Source: an uncultured virus (IMG/VR IMGVR_UViG_3300044922_001008) (taxonomy: Duplodnaviria > Heunggongvirae > Uroviricota > Caudoviricetes). Taken from it: a DNA stretch of 64,000 nt. Positions 1 to 10,009 of the stretch are shown here, piece by piece. The stretch lies in the IMG/VR virus record IMGVR_UViG_3300044922_001008; one strand, 5' to 3'. A program made the position numbers and the translations under genes. The first letter of the stretch is position 1. Every line of letters begins with the position of its first letter. Under the pieces are notes generated by a model that saw only the letters and a list, made by a program, of their open reading frames with translations, was not told the origin of the DNA and did no database searches.

Positions 1-867
1 GCCTTTTGTGAAAGCATCCCAAACACTTCCTTCTCCGCCACCCATAAAGCGATCAAAGCCTCCAGCCAAACCACCTTTTAATCCAGCCCATGCTCCGCCA
101 AGCCAATTTGCCTCATCTAGAACATATTCGTTAGCAATCCATTGTGCGAACAATTTTGAATTAAAGCCTCTTCCTTCTACAAGAAAACAAAGATTTTTAA
201 TCCTAGTTTCCATTAATTTTATATCTATGGGATTAATTTTTCCATGATGAGAAGATTCATAATTAAACTGGTCTGGACTTGATGCTCTATCGGTGGCAGC
301 ACCAGCAGCACGAGCTTTAGAAGCAGCGTCAACAGTTGGTGGTCCGCCAGCCATTGGCTTCATTGGCTTTGCACCAGCTTGTGGTGGTATTGGTGGTGGT
401 TGAGTTGCCACTGGTGTATTTTTCAAGGTTTTTAATATGCCGTACAATGAGTCTTGAATATCTTTTTGAGCAAGTCGAGAATTTTGCCTATTACTTTTCT
501 TTATAAGGTCATTTATTTTTTCTACTGCTTGATTGCTTGCCACAACCAAAGGGTCTTGATTAGATCCAGATCCTGCCATCATTTTATTGCCAGCATTTTG
601 CATAAAATTGCCAACAGCACCTTGAACTTTATTTGCAGCACCTTGCATAAAATTGCCAACATTTTGAAAAAATCCTTGTTCATTAACCTTAAGTTCGGTA
701 ACGACCCATTTTTCGGCTTTATCTGCTATATGATCGGTTTCTGAATGAATATCGAGCCATTCAACAAATGATTCTGGACTAATACCTCTGATGATCATTT
801 CTCGAAAACATTCTAATGCCAATTTTTCAGTTTTTTTTAATTCCAAAGATTCTTTAAAGCTGATCAT
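1..867 (-). CDS. Hypothetical protein, partial (runs off the window edge); candidate internal head protein
   Basis: Not in the ORF track. ATG at 867 overlaps the TGA of the upstream gene (ATGA). The frame is open to position 1: MISFKESLELKKTEKLALECFREM...EANWLGGAWAGLKGGLAGGFDRFMGGGEGSVWDAFTKG. Confidence 0.8.
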   Translation of the reverse strand, partial: MISFKESLELKKTEKLALECFREMIIRGISPESFVEWLDIHSETDHIADKAEKWVVTELKVNEQGFFQNVGNFMQGAANKVQGAVGNFMQNAGNKMMAGSGSNQDPLVVASNQAVEKINDLIKKSNRQNSRLAQKDIQDSLYGILKTLKNTPVATQPPPIPPQAGAKPMKPMAGGPPTVDAASKARAAGAATDRASSPDQFNYESSHHGKINPIDIKLMETRIKNLCFLVEGRGFNSKLFAQWIANEYVLDEANWLGGAWAGLKGGLAGGFDRFMGGGEGSVWDAFTKG

Positions 868-1691
868 TTTCTTGTGCCTTTCACTTCAAAATCCCTCATC
901 CATATCTGATAAATAAGTGTTTGAGGTTGTTTTTTATTTTCCTTATATATGAATGACAAAGCCCCTTCTGATTCATCATCCCAAGTTTTTATCCAATAAA
1001 TTGGAGAAAAATAAGCTTGGTTATTTAAAAACAAAGAATCAGAGCCACGAATGGAACTTGTAACTCCAATAACTTTATATCCATCCTTATAAAATAAAGG
1101 TCCGCCAGAATCTCCGAATATTGTATAACAATTCGATCTTAGAAATCCTTTAAGATTTTCTGGCTTTTTTGTATCGACAGATGTTATTGCTCCGAAATCA
1201 ATGCGTATATCATCTCCAAGACCATATCCTATTTTAAATACATCTGTTCCAAAATATGGCTTAGAATTAAAGTCCATATCTGCACAAGGCATTTTTTTAT
1301 CTGATTTAAATATCAAAATTGCCAAATCCATTTTCTTATTGATGTTGTAGATTAATGCCTGATATGTATCAAATTTCGTAAGGTTTGACCAATTGTCATA
1401 AACTCCGCAATGAACATCGATAGCCGATGCTACATTTTCGACATTATGTGCAGCTGTGACTATAACATTTAGGTATTTTTTATCAATAAGTTGAGATTGA
1501 ATTAATTCTGATTTGACGATAAATCCACTGGCTACTGCTTGTGGTGGTTTTTTCTTACAATCATCGCAATCGCAATTGTTTTTACTATAACTTATCTTTA
1601 TTGTAGGATATAAACTTTTCTCATGTAGTTTTTTATCTGGTTCTACACTAAATAACCATAAGGGAAATATCAAAAATATTAGATGTTTCAT
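864..1691 (-). CDS. Trypsin-like (S1) serine protease with N-terminal signal peptide
   Basis: TAAH, DLAIL and GDSGGP catalytic motifs; hydrophobic N-terminus. Confidence 0.85.
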   Translation of the reverse strand: MKHLIFLIFPLWLFSVEPDKKLHEKSLYPTIKISYSKNNCDCDDCKKKPPQAVASGFIVKSELIQSQLIDKKYLNVIVTAAHNVENVASAIDVHCGVYDNWSNLTKFDTYQALIYNINKKMDLAILIFKSDKKMPCADMDFNSKPYFGTDVFKIGYGLGDDIRIDFGAITSVDTKKPENLKGFLRSNCYTIFGDSGGPLFYKDGYKVIGVTSSIRGSDSLFLNNQAYFSPIYWIKTWDDESEGALSFIYKENKKQPQTLIYQIWMRDFEVKGTRK

Positions 1692-1711
1692 TTTAAATCC
1701 TTGGAGGTATT

Positions 1712-1993
1712 ATGGATAGAAGCTTCCTATATGGCATAATAGTTCTGCTTTCTTTGACAGATACTGTTATCTATATACAGAAAACAAACCCTAATCTTAT
1801 AGAAAAATTTATGCCGTCTTCTGAAGATGGTAGTTGGCAATCAAAAGATCCGGGTTGGAATGTAAAGCCTGATATTGATAAAAAAGAAGAAAAAAAAGAT
1901 GGTGCGAATGAAAAAAATAATTCAGTACCAGAAAGCGAAGATGAGCCTAAAGCAGACACAAAAAAAAGACATCACTTTAGATTCTTTAGGTGA
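1712..1993 (+). CDS. Small membrane-anchored hypothetical protein
   Basis: GGAGG Shine-Dalgarno, N-terminal hydrophobic helix, terminator downstream. Confidence 0.7.
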   Translation: MDRSFLYGIIVLLSLTDTVIYIQKTNPNLIEKFMPSSEDGSWQSKDPGWNVKPDIDKKEEKKDGANEKNNSVPESEDEPKADTKKRHHFRFFR

Positions 1994-2018
1994 GGAAGTA
2001 ATTCAAATTGCTAATAGC

Positions 2019-2049
2019 AAAAAGCCTCTCAGTTTGAGAGGCTTTTTTT
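2019..2049 (+). terminator. Rho-independent terminator (likely bidirectional)
   Basis: AAAAAGCCTCTCA-GTT-TGAGAGGCTTTTTTT. Confidence 0.8.
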
Positions 2050-2082
2050 GTTTTCTTTCTCTATTAACTGGAGGACAAAAAT

Positions 2083-2340
2083 ATGGATGAAGTTAAAGGT
2101 TGTTATTTTTTCATTGAGGGAGAAAATGAGGACGACAAAATAATTCGCTGTATGTGCATGGAATGTCACGACACGAATTTCAAAAAAGTTGGCTGGTTTT
2201 ATAACGCCAAGCATGGATATGGTCCGTTTGATTATATTTGTGTCAAATGCAAAAAAGCAATTTACAAACATACAGGAAATACCGATGAAAAAAATGAAAC
2301 AGACAATAAAAAAAATGAAACCGATAGTGAAAAAAAGTGA
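2083..2340 (+). CDS. Small zinc-ribbon protein
   Basis: GGAGG Shine-Dalgarno; CMEC...CVKC. Confidence 0.65.
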   Translation: MDEVKGCYFFIEGENEDDKIIRCMCMECHDTNFKKVGWFYNAKHGYGPFDYICVKCKKAIYKHTGNTDEKNETDNKKNETDSEKK

Positions 2341-3019
2341 TGATCAAAATATAACGGAATGGATTATTGGTGAATTTCCAGAATCATATCAAAACATGAT
2401 TTATATTGATGTAATGTGTAGAGATTTGAATATTATGTTGGCAAAGGAAAGATCAAAACTAGAAATATTGAATGATACTCACGAAGGAATTATTCAAGTT
2501 TATAGGGCAATTAGAGACGAAAATAAAGATTTTTCTAAGAAAATTTCAAATGTAAGATGTACAGAAACCACATTTCAAAAATACCTAGAAAATCAAAATT
2601 TAAAATTTGATGATTATTTAGACAAAGCCGTAAATGAATTTGTTTTGCGTAAATTAAGCAAAAGCGAAAACAAAGAGGTTTTTTCAAATAAAAAGGTTGA
2701 ATGGAAAAAAGTTTTGCAAGAAGTTAATGAGCTTCATAAAAGATTGCAAGAAACCTTTATCATGAATAAAGAAGCAATAGAAGTTGTACAGAAATTCAAT
2801 CACAATGATAGCGTTCTTTATTATGCTTTGCCTACTGGTCATAAGGATCAATTTTACACTAAATTAGCCAACACATTTAAAAACTTCAGCGGACATGCAA
2901 TCATTTCTTGCTCGGATCATAAAATTTTTAAATTATTTTTTCCAGATTGGAAATTAAAAAGAAAAATGTTTCAGAAACTAAATAAGAAAAGAATTCAATA
3001 CATTTGGAAGAACTATTGA
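2285..3019 (+). CDS. Dam/D12-class DNA adenine methyltransferase-like protein with degenerate catalytic motifs
   Basis: WII.EFP..Y...YID, EILND, R+LS, RLQ.TFI.N.EA.EV layout; ALPT stands where DPPY is expected. Start chosen at MKKMK because the track start 2189 overlaps the previous gene. Confidence 0.6.
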   Translation: MKKMKQTIKKMKPIVKKSDDQNITEWIIGEFPESYQNMIYIDVMCRDLNIMLAKERSKLEILNDTHEGIIQVYRAIRDENKDFSKKISNVRCTETTFQKYLENQNLKFDDYLDKAVNEFVLRKLSKSENKEVFSNKKVEWKKVLQEVNELHKRLQETFIMNKEAIEVVQKFNHNDSVLYYALPTGHKDQFYTKLANTFKNFSGHAIISCSDHKIFKLFFPDWKLKRKMFQKLNKKRIQYIWKNY

Positions 3020-3025
3020 GGTCAA

Positions 3026-3253
3026 ATGAGAAAATGTCAAATACATGAATGTAAAAATATAGCAAAAAAGTGCGTAAAAAAAGGCACAATTCGTAATGGG
3101 ATGGCAAGCAGCAAAGATTTCTGGCATTGTGACGAACATGATTGTCACAATGTCGAAAAAGAATTTAAAGATAAAAATATATCAATACAAATGAAAAACC
3201 CATTCTGTGATGTCAAATCGGCTATTAAAATCAGATCAAAGACGAATAAATAG
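3026..3253 (+). CDS. Small Cys/His-rich hypothetical protein
   Basis: GAGG Shine-Dalgarno; CQIHEC...C...CDEH. Confidence 0.6.
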   Translation: MRKCQIHECKNIAKKCVKKGTIRNGMASSKDFWHCDEHDCHNVEKEFKDKNISIQMKNPFCDVKSAIKIRSKTNK

Positions 3254-3256
3254 AAT

Positions 3257-3472
3257 ATGAGTCTTATTTCTTTCAGAGAATGGCTAGATAAAGAACAAAT
3301 TGATTTGCCTCTTTTGGGTCAACCAAATAGCAATGCCGATGAAGTATTTGGTTTAACTGGCGTTAAAAGTAAATATGCCATGACAAACACGAAAAGTGGT
3401 CAAACTGATTTTAATCCAGATGAGAAGTTTTTTTGTGGTAAGAAAAAAAATAGAGGAAGGAAAAAAACTTGA
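3257..3472 (+). CDS. Hypothetical protein with capsid-targeting-like N-terminus
   Basis: MSLISFREWLDKE; TAAATA 4 nt upstream of ATG. Confidence 0.65.
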   Translation: MSLISFREWLDKEQIDLPLLGQPNSNADEVFGLTGVKSKYAMTNTKSGQTDFNPDEKFFCGKKKNRGRKKT

Positions 3473-3750
3473 TTTTAGTTTCTTTTTGTTCATTGTTGGA
3501 AAATATGAGAAGAGAGCCATTAGGTTTGAACAACAAATCTATTGCGGTTATAGAAAAAGGCATGGAACTAGATGAAAAGTTTTGGGATAATTTTCTTCAA
3601 ATTTTAAACAATACAGATGGATTGGCTCAACTGTTAGATATATCAAGTTCCAAAATCTCAACATGGCATGAAAAAATTAAAGATGCCATAAAAGAAAGAG
3701 ATGAACTTAACAAGAATAAACCAGTTGGAAAAAACAACAAACTTATATAG
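3469..3750 (+). CDS. Hypothetical protein, possible HTH
   Basis: Coupled overlap with the previous gene; GLAQLLDISSSKISTW. Confidence 0.6.
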   Translation: MILVSFCSLLENMRREPLGLNNKSIAVIEKGMELDEKFWDNFLQILNNTDGLAQLLDISSSKISTWHEKIKDAIKERDELNKNKPVGKNNKLI

Positions 3751-3759
3751 GGGTGTATC

Positions 3760-4206
3760 ATGTCCTTGAAAAAATTTACTGAGTGGTGCGAGTTTAAAGA
3801 AATGGATGCAAATCAAATGACTATGGGTGGAACTACGCCAATGGCATCCGCACAAGCTCCTGCTCAACCCGCTGGCAACAAGCCGTTGGGAAATGTATCA
3901 TCCACCCAATCCAATGCTTCTGAACAAGAATTGTCTAAATTAGCTTCAAATGTTGAAAGTAAATATCAAAACTTTATTGGCGTTTTGCCTAAAAGCATGC
4001 CAAAAGCAGTGTGGGTGAACTTGTTGCATAATTTCGCAACAATTGCCAAGGAAAAAGCAGGACTAAAAGATGACGAATTAAAAAGAATTATTCTTGGGCA
4101 ACACGCCGTGACTCAAAAAATGATGAAGAATCATTCTGAACCACAAGTTGGAGGCGTTCCAGCTAATCAACCACAAGTTGGAAATCAACCGCAAATGGGT
4201 CAATAA
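3760..4206 (+). CDS. Gln/Pro/Met-rich hypothetical protein with capsid-targeting-like N-terminus
   Basis: MSLKKFTEWCEFKE; low-complexity tails. Confidence 0.7.
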   Translation: MSLKKFTEWCEFKEMDANQMTMGGTTPMASAQAPAQPAGNKPLGNVSSTQSNASEQELSKLASNVESKYQNFIGVLPKSMPKAVWVNLLHNFATIAKEKAGLKDDELKRIILGQHAVTQKMMKNHSEPQVGGVPANQPQVGNQPQMGQ

Positions 4207-4213
4207 TTTTTAA

Positions 4214-5917
4214 ATGATTTACAAAAAATATCAAAATGCAACAAAAGATGTAGTTGAAAAAAAAGGAATTATCAAAATAAATTACATGGAGGTAAAAACT
4301 CCATCATGGTTTAATTCATCTGAATTAAAAGATATAGATATTTCTATCATAGTTCCATGCTATAAAAGCAAAGATTATATAATTGAACACATAAAATCTT
4401 GGGATTTAACAAATCATAATTTAAAAATAGAAATCATTTATGTTGATGACCATTGCCCTCAAAAAACACATCTTCAATGTGTCAAATCTTGGGAAGAAAG
4501 AAAATCAGAATTAAACAATCCTATTGGCAAATGTTTCCTAATATTGGGAAACAATTCTGGCTTTTCAAATGCTTGTAATACTGGAGCTAAAGAAGCTAGA
4601 GGTAAATATTTACTATTTTTAAATGCAGACACCATATTGACTAAAAATTGGCTACAGCCAATTTACAATTCTTTCAAAATTGATGAAAAAATAGGCATTG
4701 TTGGCAACATGCAATTATCAAAAAATGACTTTATTGACTCTTGTGGTTCTGAATGGAGTTGGAAAGATCATCTGTTTTTTCATATTGGAAGAAACATATA
4801 TCAAAGCCAAGGAATTGAGCCATTTGAATTATCTTCTGCTCCTGCAGAAGTAATAAAGAGCAAAGAAGTGAAAATGATAAATGGTTCTTGTTTGATGATA
4901 TCAAAAGAATTATTTGATAAAGTCTGTGGATTTGATAATGCATATAAAATCGGATATTGGGAAGATTCTGATTTATGCATGAAGGTCGTCATGGAAGGTT
5001 ATAAAATTTGGTTTTGTGGAGAATCAAAAATTTATCATTTTGGAGGTCATAGTGGGCAAAGTAACCACAAATACTCTTCGGAAAATAAAACTTTGTTTTA
5101 TAATAAATGGATAAAAACAAAATTGTTGAATTGTCACCTTCAAGATTCTAATAAATTGAATGTTAATTCAAACAATTCGGTTGTATACACATCGATAACA
5201 AATAAATACGATTCTCTTAAAAACCACAAACAAAAAGACATTCCATATGTTGCGTTTCTTGATGAATATATAAATAGTAAATATTGGAATATAAGATCAG
5301 CACATAAAGAATTTTCTGATCCGAATAGAAATGCAAAAATACACAAGATTCTTTCGCATGTTTATTTTCCAGATAAAGAATTTAGTTTATGGGTTGATGG
5401 AAGCATAAAAATCAAGTTTCCTTGGAGTATGAAATCTTTATTTGAAACATATTTAAGTGATTGCGACATGGTTGTTTTTAAACACGGAGAAAGAGATTGT
5501 ATTTATGAAGAAGCAAAAATTTGTTGTGAAAGAAATTTAGATGATATAAATACAATCACAAAACAAATGGAAAGATATAAACGCTTTAAGGTAAATAAAA
5601 ACAAAGGTCTTTCTGAGTGTTCGGTGATTTTAAGAAAACATAATGAAAAAGTAAAGTTATTCAATGAAATTTGGTGGGAAGAAATCTGCCAAGGATCAAG
5701 GAGAGATCAACTTAGTTTTGATTACTCAGTCAAAAAAAGTGGTGTTAATTTAAAATACTTTCCGGGAAATCTTCCCAATAACAATTACTTTTTCAACAGA
5801 GAAATTCATGGCATACATACCGAAGATTCAAATTTCTGCGAAATAAAAGAAGTAATTACAGAAAGTATTTTCAGTAAGTTTAAAAAATCTATTAAAAGAA
5901 TAACAAATGTTTTTTAA
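4214..5917 (+). CDS. GT2 glycosyltransferase fused to a DUF616 (TOD1/MUCI70-like) glycosyltransferase domain
   Basis: ISIIVPCY, YVDD, NSGFSNACN, LFLNAD, YWEDSDLC; C-terminal VYTSITNKYD, SLWVDGS, RDCIYEE, RDQLSF. Confidence 0.85.
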   Translation: MIYKKYQNATKDVVEKKGIIKINYMEVKTPSWFNSSELKDIDISIIVPCYKSKDYIIEHIKSWDLTNHNLKIEIIYVDDHCPQKTHLQCVKSWEERKSELNNPIGKCFLILGNNSGFSNACNTGAKEARGKYLLFLNADTILTKNWLQPIYNSFKIDEKIGIVGNMQLSKNDFIDSCGSEWSWKDHLFFHIGRNIYQSQGIEPFELSSAPAEVIKSKEVKMINGSCLMISKELFDKVCGFDNAYKIGYWEDSDLCMKVVMEGYKIWFCGESKIYHFGGHSGQSNHKYSSENKTLFYNKWIKTKLLNCHLQDSNKLNVNSNNSVVYTSITNKYDSLKNHKQKDIPYVAFLDEYINSKYWNIRSAHKEFSDPNRNAKIHKILSHVYFPDKEFSLWVDGSIKIKFPWSMKSLFETYLSDCDMVVFKHGERDCIYEEAKICCERNLDDINTITKQMERYKRFKVNKNKGLSECSVILRKHNEKVKLFNEIWWEEICQGSRRDQLSFDYSVKKSGVNLKYFPGNLPNNNYFFNREIHGIHTEDSNFCEIKEVITESIFSKFKKSIKRITNVF

Positions 5918-6626
5918 AAAATCAAATGTATCAATAATAATTCCAACCTGCAACAGATATGATGTTGCCATGGAATCAATAACAGAAATTAAAAAACAAA
6001 AATATAAAAATTATGAGATAATTATTTGTGATGATAGCGATAAAGACTACTACATTAAAAACTTTTCATGTTATGAGAAAAAATTAAATTCATATAAAGT
6101 AAAGCACATATATGGTGCGAGATATGATATAAATGGAAAAAAAGATTATGGATTAGCAAGAAGTAGAAATCTTGGAATTATTGAATCTATAGGAGAATTT
6201 TTAATTTTTATAGATGATAGGTTTACATTCGCAGATGAATTTGTAATTGAAAAATTCGTCAAAGAGTTATCGAAAGACAAAGAAAAAGTTTGGATATTTG
6301 GAAACAAGGGTTGTTATAACATCATTGATGAAAATGGAAATTTAAAACAAATAGAACAACCAAAGACAACATTTGTTGAAAACTTTTCAGCAATTAGAAG
6401 AGAACACATTATAAATGCTGGTATGTTTTGCGAAAGAATAGACCAATATGGAGGCATGACAGAAGAGATAACACTTAGACTTAGCAAGCAAGGATTTAGA
6501 TTTTTCTTTCATTCTGACATACAAGCAAAACAAATTTGTAAGAGTTCTGGTTGGGATAAAAAGCCAAAACAAATCACGGCAATGTCAAAAGTTATATATA
6601 AAATGCATAAATATAAAGCAACATAA
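5907..6626 (+). CDS. GT2 glycosyltransferase
   Basis: VSIIIPTCNR, IICDD, ARSRNLG, FIDD. Confidence 0.8.
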   Translation: MFFKKSNVSIIIPTCNRYDVAMESITEIKKQKYKNYEIIICDDSDKDYYIKNFSCYEKKLNSYKVKHIYGARYDINGKKDYGLARSRNLGIIESIGEFLIFIDDRFTFADEFVIEKFVKELSKDKEKVWIFGNKGCYNIIDENGNLKQIEQPKTTFVENFSAIRREHIINAGMFCERIDQYGGMTEEITLRLSKQGFRFFFHSDIQAKQICKSSGWDKKPKQITAMSKVIYKMHKYKAT

Positions 6627-6642
6627 CAATATATATTTTATT

Positions 6643-7743
6643 ATGAATAACAATAACGCTACATTTTTCGGATTCTCCTCTTTCATGCGATTAGATGAAA
6701 TTGACTGGGAAAATACATTTAGTGATGTTGGCAAGGTATGTCCAGACGCAAAAGAAGTTGTAAAATACTTAAATGATGTTAAAGGAAATGCAAATGCTGC
6801 CTATGGAGAAAGAAAAAAGTTCCCTATAAAATCACCATTTATACATTCAAAATCTAGTTTTTTTCAAAAAGGCGAATCAGAAGTAGATGTTGATGAATTT
6901 ATTCAAAGAATAACAAAGCAGCCAAACAATATCATTAATACAAATGAAAAGATTTTAAAAAGTGGTGGTCCTCATGAATTTGTCTATAAGACAGGCATTC
7001 CAGCATTTAGAGGCATAGTTTACGATTTAGAAAATAAGAAGTTTTTTTTCGTAAATACTTGTCCCGGAGCAGGAGATTGTGTAGTTAAGTGTTATGCCAG
7101 AAAAGGCAATTATATTAGATATCCAAATTCATATGATAGCATGACACGAAGAATCAATTATTTATTGAATTCTCCAGATAAATATGAAGAACAACTATAT
7201 CAAGAATTAAAAGCAAAGTGCGAAGAACACGGAGCTAAACAAGGTTATAAACCAACAGTAGTTATTCGATGGAATGACTCTGGTGATTTTTTTGGTGTGA
7301 AGTATGAAAATATTGCCACTGATGTTAAAAACAAGTTAACTAAAGAAGGCTATAAGATAAAAGCATATGCTTATACTAAAGTTGCTGAGACTGCGAAAAA
7401 AGGTAAAGTTGGTCTTGTGACTTTTTCGCAAGGAGCAAAAAGTTCAGAAACAGAAAAAGCCAAAAACATTGAGAGAAATTCTTATATCATACCAAAATCA
7501 ATTTTTTCTAATTTAGATTTGATGAAAATAGAAGACGAAGATAAACTTAAATTGAATGTAATTTCTTATATGAAAAGTAAATTAAAAATAGATATTCCTT
7601 TTATGAATTTACTTAGTTACGATGAATTAAAGCAAATGCCAGAACAAGGAATTCCTAGATGGTATGTCATAGTCACATCTGAAGACGGAGATGATGCAGC
7701 ATTTCGTAAAGATGTAAAAGGCGTTTTACTTTTAGAACATTAG
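6643..7743 (+). CDS. Phage GP88-like (radical-SAM-related) Fe-S protein
   Basis: TCPGAGDCVVKCYARKG, IRWNDSGDF and YAYTK motifs. Confidence 0.65.
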   Translation: MNNNNATFFGFSSFMRLDEIDWENTFSDVGKVCPDAKEVVKYLNDVKGNANAAYGERKKFPIKSPFIHSKSSFFQKGESEVDVDEFIQRITKQPNNIINTNEKILKSGGPHEFVYKTGIPAFRGIVYDLENKKFFFVNTCPGAGDCVVKCYARKGNYIRYPNSYDSMTRRINYLLNSPDKYEEQLYQELKAKCEEHGAKQGYKPTVVIRWNDSGDFFGVKYENIATDVKNKLTKEGYKIKAYAYTKVAETAKKGKVGLVTFSQGAKSSETEKAKNIERNSYIIPKSIFSNLDLMKIEDEDKLKLNVISYMKSKLKIDIPFMNLLSYDELKQMPEQGIPRWYVIVTSEDGDDAAFRKDVKGVLLLEH

Positions 7744-8600
7744 AGATTATGTAAAAACATTTCAATATAATCTGGTAAATCAAATTTTGGTTTCCAATTT
7801 AATTCTTTTTCTGAGAAAGAAGTATCTGCTAATGTTTCGTAAGCCTCTCCAATTCTTGATGGAATATATTCAATCTTTGAAGGTTTAAACATATGTGCCA
7901 CTTCATTTATTGAATAATTTTTACCTCTTCCTAAATTAAAAATTTTTCCATTCCAATTTTTTTCATGCATTTTTAATAGTCCGGAACAAACATCTCCAAC
8001 ATAAGTAAAATCTCTTCTTTGTTCGCCATTTCCAGTTATTGTTAAAGGTTTGTTTTTTATAATTTGATTTTCAAATATGCCAATAACATTTGCAAATTCG
8101 CCATTTAAAATTTGTCTATTTCCATACACATTGAAGAATCTTGCAATTGCTATTGAAAGACTATAAATACGATTGTACATAATGCAATTTTGTTCTGCGA
8201 TATATTTAGAATGGGAATAAGGATTTGCATATATGTCATGCTCAACAGATGAAGAGCCAGCAAAAATAACTTTGCTTTTTCTCAATCTTGCATACTCCAA
8301 CATATTGACAGTTCCAAGACAATTTACAAATAAAACTTCACTTGGATTTTTAAAACTTGGTGCAATTCTTGGCAGGGCAGCTAAATGATAAATAACTTGA
8401 GGATCATAACTCTTCAAAGCATTATTTGACTCCCAATTATCTTTAACATTAAAATTTACAAAAGAAGCTCTATGATTTATATTTTTTTTAATTCCAGTTG
8501 TCAAATTATCAACTACCAAAACATCATTATCTTGTTCGATTAAATAATCTATAAGATTACTTCCAATAAATCCTGCTCCTCCAGTAACTAAAATTTTCAC
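7740..8600 (-). CDS. NAD-dependent nucleotide-sugar epimerase/dehydratase
   Basis: VTGGAGFIGS, YSHSK, RFFNVYG, RDFTYV. Confidence 0.9.
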   Translation of the reverse strand: MKILVTGGAGFIGSNLIDYLIEQDNDVLVVDNLTTGIKKNINHRASFVNFNVKDNWESNNALKSYDPQVIYHLAALPRIAPSFKNPSEVLFVNCLGTVNMLEYARLRKSKVIFAGSSSVEHDIYANPYSHSKYIAEQNCIMYNRIYSLSIAIARFFNVYGNRQILNGEFANVIGIFENQIIKNKPLTITGNGEQRRDFTYVGDVCSGLLKMHEKNWNGKIFNLGRGKNYSINEVAHMFKPSKIEYIPSRIGEAYETLADTSFSEKELNWKPKFDLPDYIEMFLHNL

Positions 8601-8664
8601 AGTTAAACCTCATTTGTAAATTGCCATTTAGACAACTATATAAATGATATGAAAGGGAAATATT

Positions 8665-9087
8665 ATGATTAAAAAACAACTCACAACAGATGAAGTGCAA
8701 GAAGTAATTGAAGTAATAAAAAATTATATCATTGATTTAAAAAATCGTTGGGATTTAGAAAAACCACCACATGCTAGTAAATTCGGCATATGTCGTGAAT
8801 ATCTGACAAAAGGAACATTGTTCATTTTGAAAGTAACAGATGAGATGATCCAATTCGTTGAAGGCATTATACCAAATGGAAAAGATAAAAAAGAAACTGT
8901 ATTGTTGGTTGCTGGAAGTTTGTTTGATTACATCATTATATCTTCTTTGCCAATATGGTTGAAACCTATGTCTGGATTGATTAGGAAGATTGCAATTGAG
9001 GTGTTATTTAGCGAAATGATTGAATTTATAGTGGAGAAATATAGCACTGGTTATTGGAAAGTAGAAAATGAAGAAAAAAAATCATAA
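8665..9087 (+). CDS. Hypothetical protein coupled to the subtilisin gene
   Basis: 140 aa ORF overlapping the next start; amphipathic/hydrophobic C-half. Confidence 0.65.
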   Translation: MIKKQLTTDEVQEVIEVIKNYIIDLKNRWDLEKPPHASKFGICREYLTKGTLFILKVTDEMIQFVEGIIPNGKDKKETVLLVAGSLFDYIIISSLPIWLKPMSGLIRKIAIEVLFSEMIEFIVEKYSTGYWKVENEEKKS

Positions 9088-10009
9088 ATGCAAATTACTT
9101 CCATTCGAAAGAATGGAAGTAATTTCTGTTCAAGAGGCGAAACAAAGATGCAATTGGGGAGTTACCGCTTTCAATTTGCCAAAAATGTGGAAATCATCAC
9201 AAGGCGAAGGCGTTAAAGTTGCCGTAATTGATACTGGTTGCGATTTGCAGCATCCAGATCTTATAGATAATTTGCTTCCCGGCAAGAACATGATAAATGA
9301 AAAAAAAGATCCCATAGATGGTAACGGTCATGGAACCCATGTTGCTGGAATAATTTGTGCATCTAATAACGAATTTGGTGTTGTTGGTGTGGCTCCAAAA
9401 TGCAAAGTAATTCCAATCAAAGTATTAGATGACAACGGAAATGGCGATCTCATCACTGTTGCCAATGGAATTAAATGGGCTATAGAACAAAATGTCGATT
9501 TTATAACTTTAAGCTTAGGTAGTCCAAGTCCTGTACAGCAGGTAAGAAAGGCAATTCAAGCAGCCGAGGAAAAAGGTATAGTTACCTTTTGTGCTGCTGG
9601 AAACGCTGGTAAAACGCATGAGATTTTCTATCCAGCAAATTATCCAGAAACAATTGGAATAGGCTCAATAGATCAAAATTTAGAACGATCTAAATTTAGT
9701 TGTACTGGTCAAGATTTAGATTTTTTAGCTCCGGGAAATAAAATATTAAGCACAGTTCCAGAATCTTGGTATGCCATTTTATCTGGCACTAGTATGAGCA
9801 ATCCTTTTGCTGTTGGAATTGCCTCATTGTTATTATCTTGGAATAGAAGTAATGGAAATAAAATAAAATTAAATTGTTCTGAGGATTATAGAACGATTTT
9901 TAAAAAGCATACTTTTTCCGTGAAAGATAAAAATTTTGCGAAGAATAAGTTTTTTGAAGGGTTTGGAATTATTGATCCAAAAGATCTAGAGTCTTGGCTT
10001 TCCGAATAA
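9068..10009 (+). CDS. Subtilisin-family (S8) serine protease, intracellular type
   Basis: VAVIDTG, HGTHVAG, AAGN, SGTSMS; no signal peptide; N-terminal LLPF. Confidence 0.92.
   Translation: MKKKNHKCKLLPFERMEVISVQEAKQRCNWGVTAFNLPKMWKSSQGEGVKVAVIDTGCDLQHPDLIDNLLPGKNMINEKKDPIDGNGHGTHVAGIICASNNEFGVVGVAPKCKVIPIKVLDDNGNGDLITVANGIKWAIEQNVDFITLSLGSPSPVQQVRKAIQAAEEKGIVTFCAAGNAGKTHEIFYPANYPETIGIGSIDQNLERSKFSCTGQDLDFLAPGNKILSTVPESWYAILSGTSMSNPFAVGIASLLLSWNRSNGNKIKLNCSEDYRTIFKKHTFSVKDKNFAKNKFFEGFGIIDPKDLESWLSE

Noticed and set aside
8..744. Plus-strand ORFs 8..247 and 454..744
   Set aside because: Antisense shadows of the real minus-strand gene starting at 867, which the track omits because it runs off the window.
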